Positions 1 through 10,700 of a stretch of 64,000 bases of DNA are shown here, piece by piece. Below the pieces are notes generated by a model. It did no database searches and was not told where the DNA came from. It was given only the letters and a program-made list of their open reading frames with translations. The stretch is from an uncultured virus (IMG/VR IMGVR_UViG_3300017754_004896) (taxonomy: Duplodnaviria > Heunggongvirae > Uroviricota > Caudoviricetes): IMG/VR virus record IMGVR_UViG_3300017754_004896; one strand, given 5' to 3'. The position numbers were made by a program, and so were the translations under genes. Position 1 is the first letter of the stretch. Every line of letters begins with the position of its first letter.

Positions 1-49
1 CCACCTGCTTGCCTTCCTCCTCGAAGTGACGTACTATCGGGGGGCATCT

Positions 50-122
50 TCCGGTGTAGCTCAGTTGGTAGAGCAGGCGACTGTTAATCGCCTGGTCCCT
101 GGTTCGAGTCCAGGCGCCGGAG
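50..122 (+). tRNA. trnN: tRNA-Asn (anticodon GTT), CCA not encoded
   Basis: Acceptor stem TCCGGTG/CGCCGGA, D arm GCTCagttggtaGAGC, anticodon loop CTGTTAA (GTT at 83-85), T loop GGTTCGAGTCC. Confidence 0.97.
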
Positions 123-211
123 CACAGCACGGAGCGCCTGATGGTCGCCGACGCCGTGGACCGGATCGGACGCCGGCTACGCAATGCCGATGGCGCGCAC
201 GACATTGAGAT

Positions 212-922
212 TTGGAGGCGCCTATTCGGAGGACAAGGGTGATCGCACGAGAGGCCACGACTGCCCGTGACCATCTCGGGCTCGCGCGCGCCTACCTCTT
301 GGCGAAGCGGCAGGTCATTGCCCGCGGATTCGAACGCGAGATCGCTTGGCAGGAGGAGGCATCGCTGCGCCAAGTAACCCCGACGGTGTTTGTTCAGGAG
401 GCGGCGTGGGTAGTTCTCTGCGCCGGGATGCGGGAGTCCGTGGTACGCAATCGGTTCCTGCAGCTCGGTGATGCCTTCGAGCGGTGGGCCCCGGAGCGAA
501 TTGCCCACAACACGTCGAGCTGCCGACGAAGAGCGCTGAGGCTGTTCAATCATGCGGCGAAGGTCAACGCGATTGTCGATATCGCGGTTGATGTCGCGTT
601 GCAGGGGGTGGAGCCGTTCCTGCGTGGAATGGAGGCCGAAGGGCCAACCTTTCTCTCCAGGCTCCCGTTCATCGGCGATGTGACCTGTTTCCACCTCGCG
701 AAGAACTTGGGTTTCGCGACGGCGAAGCCCGACCGTCACCTGCAGCGCATGGCCAGAGCGCTTGGCTTCGCGGGGGCACAGGCCCTATGTGAGGCGATTG
801 CCGACGTGCTGGCCGAGCCGGTGCAAGTGGTCGATATCGTGATGTGGCGCTTCGCGACGATCGAGCACGACTACGTGTCGTGGCTCGAGAACGTCATGAG
901 TTCTGAGGGGGACCGCGGGTAG
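212..922 (+). CDS. HhH-GPD superfamily (DNA glycosylase-like) protein
   Basis: HhH-like LSRLPFIGDVT followed by LAKNLG..KPDRHLQR; start codon uncertain. Confidence 0.6.
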   Translation: MEAPIRRTRVIAREATTARDHLGLARAYLLAKRQVIARGFEREIAWQEEASLRQVTPTVFVQEAAWVVLCAGMRESVVRNRFLQLGDAFERWAPERIAHNTSSCRRRALRLFNHAAKVNAIVDIAVDVALQGVEPFLRGMEAEGPTFLSRLPFIGDVTCFHLAKNLGFATAKPDRHLQRMARALGFAGAQALCEAIADVLAEPVQVVDIVMWRFATIEHDYVSWLENVMSSEGDRG

Positions 923-1061
923 GAGCGGGAGGCCCAACAAGGAAGGTAGATAGGTCCGGTACCGGCGAAACCTCGGAAACGGCGAGGGCCTCTCGCAAAG
1001 CTTCGATGATATCCGGTGCCGAGTCTACTAGCGTGCCGTCCAAATCGAAGATTATGTTCAC
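894..1061 (-). pseudogene. Truncated HAD-family hydrolase (phosphoglycolate phosphatase-like), N-terminal ~45 aa only
   Basis: GTG at 1061, IIFDLDGTLVDSAPDI (HAD motif I) to VGPP, then stops after 55 codons inside the convergent 212..922 gene. Confidence 0.75.
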
Positions 1062-1112
1062 CGCTACTCGTCCACCCAAGTATCCACATCGGTCACGCCC
1101 CACGAGCGACCA

Positions 1113-2060
1113 CTAAACAAGCCTGCTCAAAACGAACACCCCACCGACAACCGCGACCGACGCGACTATGCTTGTCAAAAGGATTTCCATGGCGCCGGGG
1201 CCGGAAGGGGCATCCGTCGGGACGGGGAGCTGCGGCAAGCTTCCCCCCGCCACATAAGGGCGCGCCGTGGGGAGCGGCCCATCGTCATTGACGACGCCGG
1301 CTAGCGAGGGGTTCTTCAGCACCTCGGCCCAGTCCCGCCAGTCCCGTTCGTCCACCTGCACCCACGGATACACTAGCTCGGAGAGGGTCTGGGAGTAGTC
1401 GTAGTGTCCAGGATCCCTCTCGAGGTCCGTCCCGGCGTTGTGTGCGCAGCCTCGGTCCTGCCACAACGACACCCCTTTTGCATCCCGGTACGGGGCACTC
1501 GAAGTGTACCAGCCGTGATTACAGCCGGCCCCTGGCTTCGAGGCGAGCTTCTTATCGACGACCCAGTTCTTCCCCGAGCTGTAGATTCTGGGAGTTCCGC
1601 CGGTCGCGTTGGCGCCCCCGGGCGCATACTGCACGGCTTTCGACACCTCCCAGCTATGCCGCACCATCGCATCGCGGTCGTTCATGCTCGGGCTGTATCC
1701 CTGCGTGATCCGGTCGGCGGAAGATGCCGGCTGGGTCTTCGGTGCCACTAGTATTCCGGTCGCCTGGGCATCCTGGTATGCCGCTCGAACTATCTTCGCG
1801 GTGGGCAGGTAAAGCCCTAGATGGTCCGCCACCCTCTGCGCGAGCAACGCACTCGCCATCGGCCGAAATGAATCCCCCACCTCCCCGAGCTGCAACGCAT
1901 CCGTTGCCACCCATACCTTCACTGTGTGCCCACCGCTGCTGAGTACCAGAGGCTGGAACGCAGGCTGGATGTAGTATCCAGCCTGAATCGCTTTCCAGAT
2001 ACCCGGCAGAAGGGACGCTCCCGACGAAGGGAGGGTGGCTAGGATGTCTGATCCACGCAT
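1113..2060 (-). CDS. Conserved hypothetical enzyme-like protein with C-terminal membrane anchor
   Basis: Motifs AQRVAD..LPTAK, GKNWVV, HGW, HYDYSQ; hydrophobic C-terminus. Confidence 0.7.
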   Translation of the reverse strand: MRGSDILATLPSSGASLLPGIWKAIQAGYYIQPAFQPLVLSSGGHTVKVWVATDALQLGEVGDSFRPMASALLAQRVADHLGLYLPTAKIVRAAYQDAQATGILVAPKTQPASSADRITQGYSPSMNDRDAMVRHSWEVSKAVQYAPGGANATGGTPRIYSSGKNWVVDKKLASKPGAGCNHGWYTSSAPYRDAKGVSLWQDRGCAHNAGTDLERDPGHYDYSQTLSELVYPWVQVDERDWRDWAEVLKNPSLAGVVNDDGPLPTARPYVAGGSLPQLPVPTDAPSGPGAMEILLTSIVASVAVVGGVFVLSRLV

Positions 2061-2116
2061 ACTTGTTGATACCTCTCCGCTAGAGTTTCCGCAAGAATGC
2101 AGGGAACCGTCTCACA

Positions 2117-2419
2117 TCACTTGTACTCGCCCCGTGACATCCGCTGGAATTCGTCGTCCGCGATCTCTTTCGCCAGCTCCCGCCGAAGGGTGGCCGGGAA
2201 GCTCGTGGCCAGCGAACCGCCGAACTCCTTGCAGTACCTCTTGGCGCCTTCCTCTACCCAGTACTCCCAAAGTTTGGGTGCCAGGGAGTGATCGTACTTC
2301 AACGCCTTCAGCTTCTTCTGCAAGTTGGCGATAATGGACTGAAACTTGGGGTACAACTCGCTCGTGTTGTACAGGTACAATTCCAGTTCATGCTTAGCCG
2401 TCTCGTCCACCTTTTTCAT
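2117..2419 (-). CDS. Phage hypothetical protein
   Basis: ELELY..LY..NLQKK..YD..KLW.Y..GAKRY.KEFG pattern recalled from phage small proteins; fits operon packing. Confidence 0.7.
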   Translation of the reverse strand: MKKVDETAKHELELYLYNTSELYPKFQSIIANLQKKLKALKYDHSLAPKLWEYWVEEGAKRYCKEFGGSLATSFPATLRRELAKEIADDEFQRMSRGEYK

Positions 2420-2423
2420 ACAT

Positions 2424-3344
2424 TCACACTTTCTTTAGCGCTTCCGCAAGCGCCGCTCTAGTTACAGGTCCCGCCCAGCCATCCACCTTCAACCCGTGCG
2501 CGTGTTGAAACGCCGCAACCGCCACCTGGGTCTGCTTGCCGATGATTCCATCCTCGGCAAGTTGCGGTATCACCCCCAACCGGTTGAGGGCCCACTGTAC
2601 CCATTCCACGCTCGAAGGATCGGGCGCTGTCGATAGCGATTCCGGGGGTGTCGCCCCCGGCGACCACTCCGCCAACGCCTTGCGAATGGACGGCGTCCAA
2701 CTGCGCATGGCGCTTGCGTATTGGTTGATGTTGGCCTGCTTCCCTTCCGGGGTACTTGGGTCGTGCGACCCCTCGTAGTATCCCGTCTTGTACATGGCCG
2801 CCGCGAGCTCCTGCTCGGTACAGTACGGGTTCGTGAGGGCCGCCCAACGCGGCTGCCGTGCCGTCAATACATGCACGAACCGTCTCGCCCCCTGCGCGTC
2901 GTCCGGAAACGCGGCGAAGAAGACCCAATAGTATCCCTTCCCGGGACTCGAATCTACCTGAAGCGACCCTCCAGGGAACGCCTCGATTTGCCCGCTAGCC
3001 ACGGCTTGTCGAAGTGCCTCTTGCCCTTTCGAGGTATTCTTGGGGTTCGGCGGGATGTCTCGCAGGGCCTCCCGCTCTTTCGCATTAGGCACTCGCGCCT
3101 GGACGGCGCCCCAATTGTGTACGCCCGGCCACACGTCTCCACACCGAGTCTCTAGCTGTGCCACCGAGAGCGCGAGCACAACTGACCCAAAATGTGGTGT
3201 CTGACCTGGCCCTAACTCCGCTTTCCAGGCCTCTACGAAAGCGTTGGCTTTGACATACCAACGCTGGACGCCCGCCAGGAAAGAGCCGGGGGCGGCCCCA
3301 ACCCGCCCCTCCTCTGCATCGGTCTCAGCGTGGATAGGCTCCAC
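2424..3344 (-). CDS. Endolysin: lysozyme-fold (GH73/glucosaminidase-like) domain plus C-terminal PG_binding_1 domain
   Basis: AQLETRCG..HNWGA..MYKTGYY; C-terminal VQWALNRLG..EDGIIGKQT..FQHAHGLKVDGWAGPVT. Confidence 0.8.
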   Translation of the reverse strand: MEPIHAETDAEEGRVGAAPGSFLAGVQRWYVKANAFVEAWKAELGPGQTPHFGSVVLALSVAQLETRCGDVWPGVHNWGAVQARVPNAKEREALRDIPPNPKNTSKGQEALRQAVASGQIEAFPGGSLQVDSSPGKGYYWVFFAAFPDDAQGARRFVHVLTARQPRWAALTNPYCTEQELAAAMYKTGYYEGSHDPSTPEGKQANINQYASAMRSWTPSIRKALAEWSPGATPPESLSTAPDPSSVEWVQWALNRLGVIPQLAEDGIIGKQTQVAVAAFQHAHGLKVDGWAGPVTRAALAEALKKV

Positions 3345-3350
3345 GGCACA

Positions 3351-3593
3351 TCACTTTCTGGTGGCTAGCCACATGCCGCCGATGACCAGAACCGCGAGGC
3401 CCCCAGTGATCGCCAGCCGCTCGATGCGGGTAGCCGCCATCACATCGGCCGACATCTGCGCCATGGGAAGGTCAAGCTGCATCGCCCGCTTGGCGGCAGG
3501 GTCGGTCCCTTCCTGCAGAGTAACCGCGTAGGTATTTCCGACCCCCTGACATCCACAACCGCTCACACCACTGATTCCAACTAGTTTTGACAT
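3351..3593 (-). CDS. Small tail-anchored membrane protein
   Basis: ATG at 3593 (MSKLVGISGVSGCGCQGVGN); C-terminal TM + TRK. Confidence 0.7.
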   Translation of the reverse strand: MSKLVGISGVSGCGCQGVGNTYAVTLQEGTDPAAKRAMQLDLPMAQMSADVMAATRIERLAITGGLAVLVIGGMWLATRK

Positions 3594-3594
3594 G

Positions 3595-4407
3595 TTACCT
3601 TCTTTCACTTTGCCGGAGGGCCAGCAACATCGCTCCACCAACGGCTAACATCAACAAAGCGTAGACTACTAAGGGGGAGGAAGGACCCTCATGCACCTGA
3701 GGAACACTCCCTGAAAATGCCGGCACGAGGTACGCCTCCCATGCCTTGGCCGCCAGGTAGTTATGTTGCTCATGTGTTAGGTCATTACCCGTGTTCGCAG
3801 CTGCTCCCGGCTTCACGTAGTCATACCAAACGAGACTCCCGGCGCCCCATACGCCCCCGCTTGGCGTTGGCATTGGAAAACGCGGGGAGAGCTTTTCGAG
3901 GTCCTTCCCGGTATCCTCCTGCATGCCCGTGATGATCTCCTGCACCGTCTCTCTGCCGGTGCGCAGGATACCTAGGGCTGCGTTCGCGGAGTTGTTGGTA
4001 TTCGAGAAGAACACTACCTTGTCGGCCTTCATGGCAGCCCGCCCGGCGAGCTGCCGGAATCCCTCGAGCTTGTATCCGAAGGCACTATCCACCATGACGA
4101 ACCCGGTTAGTCGATTCACATCGGCCGGTATCTTCGCCACTTCGTTCAACAGCCCCCACCCTGCCGAGAAGCTCGACAAGGCTATCCCCTCGTAGTCGTC
4201 AATCGTCCCTCCCGCATACCTCGATACGAGATTGGGGAGGATCCGCCCGTCCCTGTCCTTTAGCTGCGCCGCGAGCGTCTTGAAGTAGTCGCTACCCGCC
4301 CCCGCAACGAGTCTCGTCACGGTGGGACGACGCCAAGGAATGGCCGAGAAGGTCTTGTCTACCACGACAGGACCTGCGAAAAGCACTAGGTCTGGCTTGT
4401 CGGCCAC
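3595..4407 (-). CDS. Alpha/beta-hydrolase-like protein with C-terminal membrane anchor
   Basis: Nucleophile-elbow-like SSFSAG, VDS, late His; C-terminal TM and basic tail. Confidence 0.6.
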   Translation of the reverse strand: MADKPDLVLFAGPVVVDKTFSAIPWRRPTVTRLVAGAGSDYFKTLAAQLKDRDGRILPNLVSRYAGGTIDDYEGIALSSFSAGWGLLNEVAKIPADVNRLTGFVMVDSAFGYKLEGFRQLAGRAAMKADKVVFFSNTNNSANAALGILRTGRETVQEIITGMQEDTGKDLEKLSPRFPMPTPSGGVWGAGSLVWYDYVKPGAAANTGNDLTHEQHNYLAAKAWEAYLVPAFSGSVPQVHEGPSSPLVVYALLMLAVGGAMLLALRQSERR

Positions 4408-4413
4408 GGCGCT

Positions 4414-4422
4414 ATTCTACCA
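4414..4422 (-). promoter_or_regulatory. Putative extended -10 promoter (TGgTAGAAT), likely leaderless transcript
   Basis: TGnTAGAAT ends 6 nt before the GTG start at 4407; no SD. Confidence 0.4.
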
Positions 4423-4450
4423 CCAGAATAGCGCCGCCGCGACATTCCCG

Positions 4451-4852
4451 TTAGGTGCTGGGGGGCGTATTCGTTGCCGCTAGTATGGCGTCAACGATGC
4501 CTCCTCGGACCAGCGCCCTCATGAGCTCCGGGAGGATCTTGATCGTCTTCTCGTGCAGCGCAGGTTGCTGCACCGCCTGGAACAGTGTCTCGTAGTCCTC
4601 GTCCTGAAGCTCGATGTACTCGAGCCCCTGCTCCAAGGCCTTCTCCGCAGCCGTCATGATCCGCAGCCCTTGGCGCACCGCGGACAAGGGCGCCGCAAAC
4701 CGGAGGTCCTGATGGAAGCCCCACGGATTGCTGCCACATAGCCACTGCGCCGTATTGGTGCGGAAGTCCGCACTCACGACGCCCACGGCCTGCCCGAGCT
4801 CCTGCGCTCCCCCACGGGGAACCTCAACCGAAATGATCTTGATGTACTTCAC
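4451..4852 (-). CDS. Hypothetical protein downstream of spike genes (possible assembly chaperone)
   Basis: GTG at 4852 preceded by AAGGA; function inferred from position only. Confidence 0.55.
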   Translation of the reverse strand: MKYIKIISVEVPRGGAQELGQAVGVVSADFRTNTAQWLCGSNPWGFHQDLRFAAPLSAVRQGLRIMTAAEKALEQGLEYIELQDEDYETLFQAVQQPALHEKTIKILPELMRALVRGGIVDAILAATNTPPST

Positions 4853-4924
4853 GTGCCGTCCTTTCCGGGGTGACCTCGCACCCCGGAAAGTAGTTAGCAC
4901 ACTTAGTAAGTCGCGCCAACTGCG

Positions 4925-7402
4925 CTACGCCAACTGGTACACGGAGCCCGAGGTGCTGCGCTTCCAGTACAAGCTATTCCCGACCGCGAACAGGTAACCA
5001 CCAGAGCCTGGAGTATCGCTGGGTCCTGTGGGTGTCAGCCCAGAGTCCGCCAACTGTACATAGGGCGACATTTTGATGAACCCTAGCTGTCCCGTGACCC
5101 CTGCTTCGCCTCCGTAAATCTGCACAGACCCGCCTGCTTGCGAATTTCCTGTGCCTGCAGTGAGGAAGATAGTGCCTCCAGCTGTGCCGCCAGCACCACA
5201 ATTGATTGAGAAGTCCCCCCCGTTAGCGAGACCGTCGCCTAGTGTGAATTGGGTGCCGCCTCCGTTTCCACTAGTACCTGTTCCCGTGGTGACGGAGAAC
5301 CCCCCGCCAGCTTTTCCAGCACCTGTGGTGAAAGCAATGTTGCCTCCATTGGCGCTCGTGCCTTTGCCCGACTTGACGTTGATAGCGCCTCCGGAAGCAG
5401 TACCGGTCCCTGCATATATGGTGACGCTGCCACCGGTAGTCACACCGGAACCTAGATTTACGAAAAGATCCCCGCCTGTGGTGACATTTCCCTTGCCGGT
5501 AAGTATATTGACTCCACCTCCAGCTGTACCTGGGCTTGTGGATATATTCAACGCCCCCCCGAAACTTGTACCACCTGCGCCTGTGAATAAGTTTATTCCT
5601 CCTCCAGTGCCGCTCCCGGAGCCGGAAGTTAGATGGATTGCGCCACCAGTGCTCCCGTTGCCGCAAGTGACCTCGACATCACCCCCATAGGTTGTACCGT
5701 CTCCGGTAGTTATATGGACACCCCCGCCCTCGCCCGCGGTGCCTTCCCCGGAAGTGATGTCGATAGGCCCTCCCTCTGGGCCTTGTCCCGATGTGATCCC
5801 AATAGAACCTCCAGCGGAACTGCTTCCTGCCCCGGAAGTGATGTCGATAGGCCCCCCCGATGTGCCTGCTCCCGATGTGATCCCAATAGGGCCTCCAACG
5901 GAACTGCTTCCTGCCCCGGTTATGAGTTGGATCTGCCCTCCAAGCGCCCCGGTACCGGTCGTTACGACGACGTTCCCACCGGTACCCGACCCTCCATCCC
6001 CCGTGGTTACTCTAATACTTCCGCCATTCGCAGTCCCGGCTCCCCCAGTGAGCCAGATTGTACCACCGTTGCCAGCACCCCCCAGTCCCGATGTAACCGT
6101 CAAATCGGCACCGTCCGAAACACCGGTCCCGGACGAAATACTAACCAGGCCGCCGTCACCATCCGAGGCATTCCCTCCCTCGATGTAGAGGGTTCCAGCC
6201 GCGGCGCCCGTCCCCGTGGTGTTCGCAACGCGTACAGTAACTGCGCCGGAAGATCCCTTGCTTCCGGTGCCCGAGACCAGCAATACGTACCCACCTATGC
6301 CTCCGTCTCCAGCTGACAGTGTCATGGCGCCACCGTCGCCCGTACTGCCACCGTCGCCGGCCTCCAGCAGAACCTGTCCGCCCTCATCGGCAGTATCTTC
6401 ACCCTCGAACAACCGCAGCGACGCTGAGGCGTTCAGGTTAGTGGTGGAGTTCATCCCAACGGCAAAATACCCGCCATCGGCGCCAACACCCGTCCCCGAA
6501 TAGCTCAGAGTGCAAAGTCCTCCCTGCGCCCACTGAATGGTGTTGTCCGGGTTATCTAGCTGGATTATCGCCGTACCCTCGACGTACATCTTACTAGCGG
6601 CGGTTAGGTAAAGCGTGTCATTACCGTTGACCGTGGGGTCGTGCCCGTCCGTGGTATTCCCGATCCCCAACACATCCGCCCACGGGTCTACCGCCACCGC
6701 GGCGGAGATAGTGACCGTCGTTGTCGTTCCGTCATCCGCAACGCTTACCGGCGTTCCAACGAACTTCAAGTTGTGAGACTGGTAGGAAGCTGCCGCGTAC
6801 TGAACTTGCTGGTAGGCGGGCTCGTAAATGGTGATGACCGTCTCATCCGCCGCCGCACTGTCTGCAACGTCAAGAATTCTCCCCACATCCGAGGAAATGT
6901 CATCATACTGCACGAACCGCATGCGGGCGCGCTTATTCTCTACCACTGCTGCAGCGGGGGTAAGAGCATCCTCGTACACTATTTGCTGATTGTGCGCAGT
7001 GATGTGCGAGACCGTCGCGTCGCCACTCGCTGACAGGTTGATGAAATCAAGGGTCGGCGCCTGGGGAAGCGCGATGGTTGTCCGAGTCAACGGAATCGCA
7101 CTATCCAGCTGCTGGTCCGTAATATACTGGTAGTAGCTGGCCGGCGCGACCGGGCTCGTGATGAGCAGCCACCGGCCGAACGTCGGGTTGACGATGGGCT
7201 GGATCACCGAAACGCCGGGGGCTGTTGCGTTCCCCTGGTACCATCTCCACAGGGTGTCGTCCGCCACCACGTAGGCGAACGCGCCATCGGCGACGCCCTG
7301 GGGGTCAATGCTGTCCAAGGCATCTTGCCGACGAACGCCTGTGCCCCGAACCTGGCACTCGTAACTGGGTGTGGCCTGCGTGACCGCTGTACTTCCTGAC
7401 AT
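4925..7402 (-). CDS. Spike/fibre protein 3 with long Gly-rich repeat stalk
   Basis: N-terminus paralogous to 7697..10996 and 11027..14377; dozens of GGxIxITxGxG repeats. Confidence 0.8.
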   Translation of the reverse strand: MSGSTAVTQATPSYECQVRGTGVRRQDALDSIDPQGVADGAFAYVVADDTLWRWYQGNATAPGVSVIQPIVNPTFGRWLLITSPVAPASYYQYITDQQLDSAIPLTRTTIALPQAPTLDFINLSASGDATVSHITAHNQQIVYEDALTPAAAVVENKRARMRFVQYDDISSDVGRILDVADSAAADETVITIYEPAYQQVQYAAASYQSHNLKFVGTPVSVADDGTTTTVTISAAVAVDPWADVLGIGNTTDGHDPTVNGNDTLYLTAASKMYVEGTAIIQLDNPDNTIQWAQGGLCTLSYSGTGVGADGGYFAVGMNSTTNLNASASLRLFEGEDTADEGGQVLLEAGDGGSTGDGGAMTLSAGDGGIGGYVLLVSGTGSKGSSGAVTVRVANTTGTGAAAGTLYIEGGNASDGDGGLVSISSGTGVSDGADLTVTSGLGGAGNGGTIWLTGGAGTANGGSIRVTTGDGGSGTGGNVVVTTGTGALGGQIQLITGAGSSSVGGPIGITSGAGTSGGPIDITSGAGSSSAGGSIGITSGQGPEGGPIDITSGEGTAGEGGGVHITTGDGTTYGGDVEVTCGNGSTGGAIHLTSGSGSGTGGGINLFTGAGGTSFGGALNISTSPGTAGGGVNILTGKGNVTTGGDLFVNLGSGVTTGGSVTIYAGTGTASGGAINVKSGKGTSANGGNIAFTTGAGKAGGGFSVTTGTGTSGNGGGTQFTLGDGLANGGDFSINCGAGGTAGGTIFLTAGTGNSQAGGSVQIYGGEAGVTGQLGFIKMSPYVQLADSGLTPTGPSDTPGSGGYLFAVGNSLYWKRSTSGSVYQLA

Positions 7403-7439
7403 GATTTCCTCTACTTACGGGCCCTCATAGGCGCCCAGT

Positions 7440-7700
7440 CTATGGTTGCCGGTACCAATCGGCTTCCTTGAAAACTTCCTTCGCTGCCGCGTCCAGCTTC
7501 GCTGCTACGCTCTCTCGCGTCTCACGAACCGGACCTACAGAATACACGATGCTCCCTGCATGCAGCAACTGCCCGTACACAAGACCCCCTTCCATCATGT
7601 GGACATGCGCGCCAAAGGGCCACCTGTCCGCGATGTAGTAAACGGCGGGGCCTCTTACGTGCTCGACTGCGGGCTTCCCTAAGATATCCATGGCACTCAC
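7440..7700 (-). CDS. Hypothetical protein
   Basis: Start overlaps the stop of the upstream spike gene; fills the gap. Confidence 0.55.
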   Translation of the reverse strand: MSAMDILGKPAVEHVRGPAVYYIADRWPFGAHVHMMEGGLVYGQLLHAGSIVYSVGPVRETRESVAAKLDAAAKEVFKEADWYRQP

Positions 7701-10700
7701 TTGTACGCGAGAGGCCGCCAGTACCCTAGCCCCGCTGCGCGCTCGAGGTATATGTAGTTCCTCTGCTGAAGCCCCATCCGAATCTGTCCATTCACAGGGT
7801 CTGCTGGAGCAGAATAGTCCGCAAAGGCCGCCGAAGCAGGGGTAAACGTCTGCCCCTTGTACCTAGCAAACCCCGTGATTCTGTATTCGTCCATGTATCC
7901 TATCATCGGGTATCCGATGTAGTTGCCGATATAGATTCGGCTGTCATTAGTATCCACCGAGGGGGTTGCCATGTAGGGGTGATAGAGCGTGGCGGACTGA
8001 GGGACACCGTCAACGTACATGCGAATTAGACCGTTAGTCCTATCAACCGCTATGTGATGCCAGGCGTTCAGCCCAATGGTTGTTATGTCACTGTTAGCGG
8101 TAAGCTGGCCGGTCCATGTCCCTGGGTTGGACGTGCAGAGGAAGGTCGGCTTTCTATCGCTATCTAGGGCTACGATTGCCCATCCAGTTTGGTCAACGAG
8201 GGCTGCATTGATACATCCCGTCCACATATTATAAGTCCCGGGGAGGGACGACGTTGCGTAGAACCAGAATTCAATGGTGAAATCATCCCATTCCGGCGCG
8301 AACGTCTTATTGTTCACAACGATGTAGTTAGACCCTAGATTGGCTGCGTACAGACTAGTGGACCCGAACTTCTTCTGCGTACTCGACCGCTCCGGGGCTC
8401 CGAAAGGGGTAATGGTCTGGCCGCCTACTCCGGAGTCCGTCCAGGCATCCCCCTCGAAGTGCAGGTGCAACAAATTGCTCACCGTGTTCATGGTGAGCGT
8501 GGAATCGACAACCGGAGCGGAACCGGCACCTGCAGCCCCTGTGGGCCCCGTGGGTCCCGTGGGCCCCGTGGGTCCCGTGGGCCCTACCGAAGAACCGACC
8601 ACGGAGTCTATTGGCGCCCCCAGAATCGCGATAACGGGGTCCGCGAAGTACTTGGTGACGTTGCTCTCTGTGCTGACGGCGAACCCGAGCTTGACCGACC
8701 CCGACGAAGGAAGGCGCACCACACGGGTCATGAGGACCCACTCGGAGTACTCCCCTGTAGGCCCCTCCGGTGCCTCCACGTAGCCGTCCTCATTGCCAGA
8801 AGCACTCAGCGAATAGTGCGTGCTTCCGTCGTAGTACCCATAGCTGACCGACGATTGCCAAACAGGCCGGTACTGCCTGCATGATATGTAAACCAGTCGA
8901 TTCGCCAAGGTCTTATTCGCGTCAATGTCTAGTGTGATCCCGAGGGCGTTCGTGTAGTACGAAGCCGTCATCTGCCAGGTCTGCTTGTTCAGGTACTGGA
9001 TAGTAGATGACTCGGCAAGAACCGGATAACCTACGCCCCCTGTTGTCGCAAACTGCGTCAACGTGGTCAAGTCTGCCGGCAATAGATTGTTACAGGGCGT
9101 CCCCAAGATGCAGGTCTCCGCCACCTGCCCGAGGTTCAGCGAATCCCACATACTAGTAGGCGTTCCCCAGGGCCGAGGTGCCTCGAATCCGTTGTTTCCG
9201 GAGGCGCTGAACCGGCCGAGAACCCCGTATGTGTCACACTCCCAGGCGTACAGGTAACCGTGGGTGCCCGTCGCGTAGATATTATCGGCCAGCCCGGGAC
9301 CGTTCGTGTTGTTCTCGATGACCAGCCCGTTGGCTGCGTTGCCCGAGATGAACGCGAAAGCGGGGTCTTCGTCCGTGGCGTCCAAGTACGTGTAGCAGTT
9401 CGCTACACGGCTTGCGGAGTTCATCCCTGCCCTGTCGTCTATCTTACCCGGCACACCTGTCACAGGGCCGCCTGTGGTGGTGTACGTGTACGTCCACGCG
9501 TCTTCTGTCCCCCCTAAATTACCCCTGAAGAAGTAGATGTCCGCGTACCTTCTACCCACACCAACGAAGTTGATTCCTCGAGGAATGCCCTCATTGTTAG
9601 CGGGACAGTTGTGCTCGAAATACATGCCATCAACGTTTGTTGAGACACAGTACAGGAAGAACAGCCCTCCTCCGTAGTTGTTTTGCGCATCCCCACCCAA
9701 GATGCTCACATTTGAACCGCCCTTGATGAACAGCCCGACGCCTAGGTTATTGTGAAACGAGCATCTCTCAATCTGCACCGATAACACGTTGGCGTAGTTT
9801 CGACCGAGCTGCAGCCCGTGCTGATACGAAGCACTGAACTCACAGTCCCTAATCGTCATCGACCAGGCTAGGTCTAGTGCCGCTGCCGCCACCCATGTGA
9901 AATTGAAGGAGCAGGCATACACGATGCAAGAATTGATGCTCCTGGCTTTCCAACAGTACTTGGCTTGCTTCCCTGCATCCAGACTGTCCTTGCCGTAGAT
10001 GCTGAACTCCTCCATGGTCCAAGTATGTCGGGGCTGCTCCCCGAATGCGGGAAGCTCGGGCTGATGCAACACCACGTCGTAGGGGTGAGCCCCGTCATAG
10101 TCACAATATCGGAGAATCGACTTGTGCTTGCCAACACCTCGAATGGTTATCCCGTAATTGCCGTCATTTGGGGGCATGGCAAGCGCATACGTGTACCCCG
10201 ACGCATCCGGCGTAGGCGTCGTGACCCCCAGGTGAATGGTGCCCTCCGGCAAGTAGATTGCCTTGCCGGTATTGTGCGCCTCTACGAGCGCTGCATTCAT
10301 CGCGACCGTGTTGCTGGCGGCTGCCGACCTATCGTTGATGACTACGGAATAGGGCTCCGCGGTGACATCAATGATGCCAGGCAGGTCTGCAGCTGTGGCC
10401 GAGTAGATAGTGACGACCGTTGAGTCCGTGGTCGCCTCATCGGCGACATGCACGGGTGTACTAGAGGCCGAATCCGAAGCGACGAACCGAAGCCGCGCCC
10501 GTTGATTCTCGGCTACCGTGCTCCCATCAACGTCCGTGTAGAATACTTGCTGGTTGTGCAGAGTGAGCTGGGTATAGCCGATGGGGTACACCCCGCCGTC
10601 AGTGATATTGCCGTTCTTGATTCGCAGCGTGTTTTGCTGCACGGCTGCTACTGCCGCCCCGGAAACCGGGGTCAAAGTGCTCGCAAGGGGCACACCCTGC

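Noticed and set aside
26..258. ORFs 26..208 (+) and 61..258 (-)
   Set aside because: They overlap the tRNA-Asn gene and have no protein features
1..922. Host taxonomic assignment
   Set aside because: Under 1 kb of probable host sequence; high GC alone cannot identify the host
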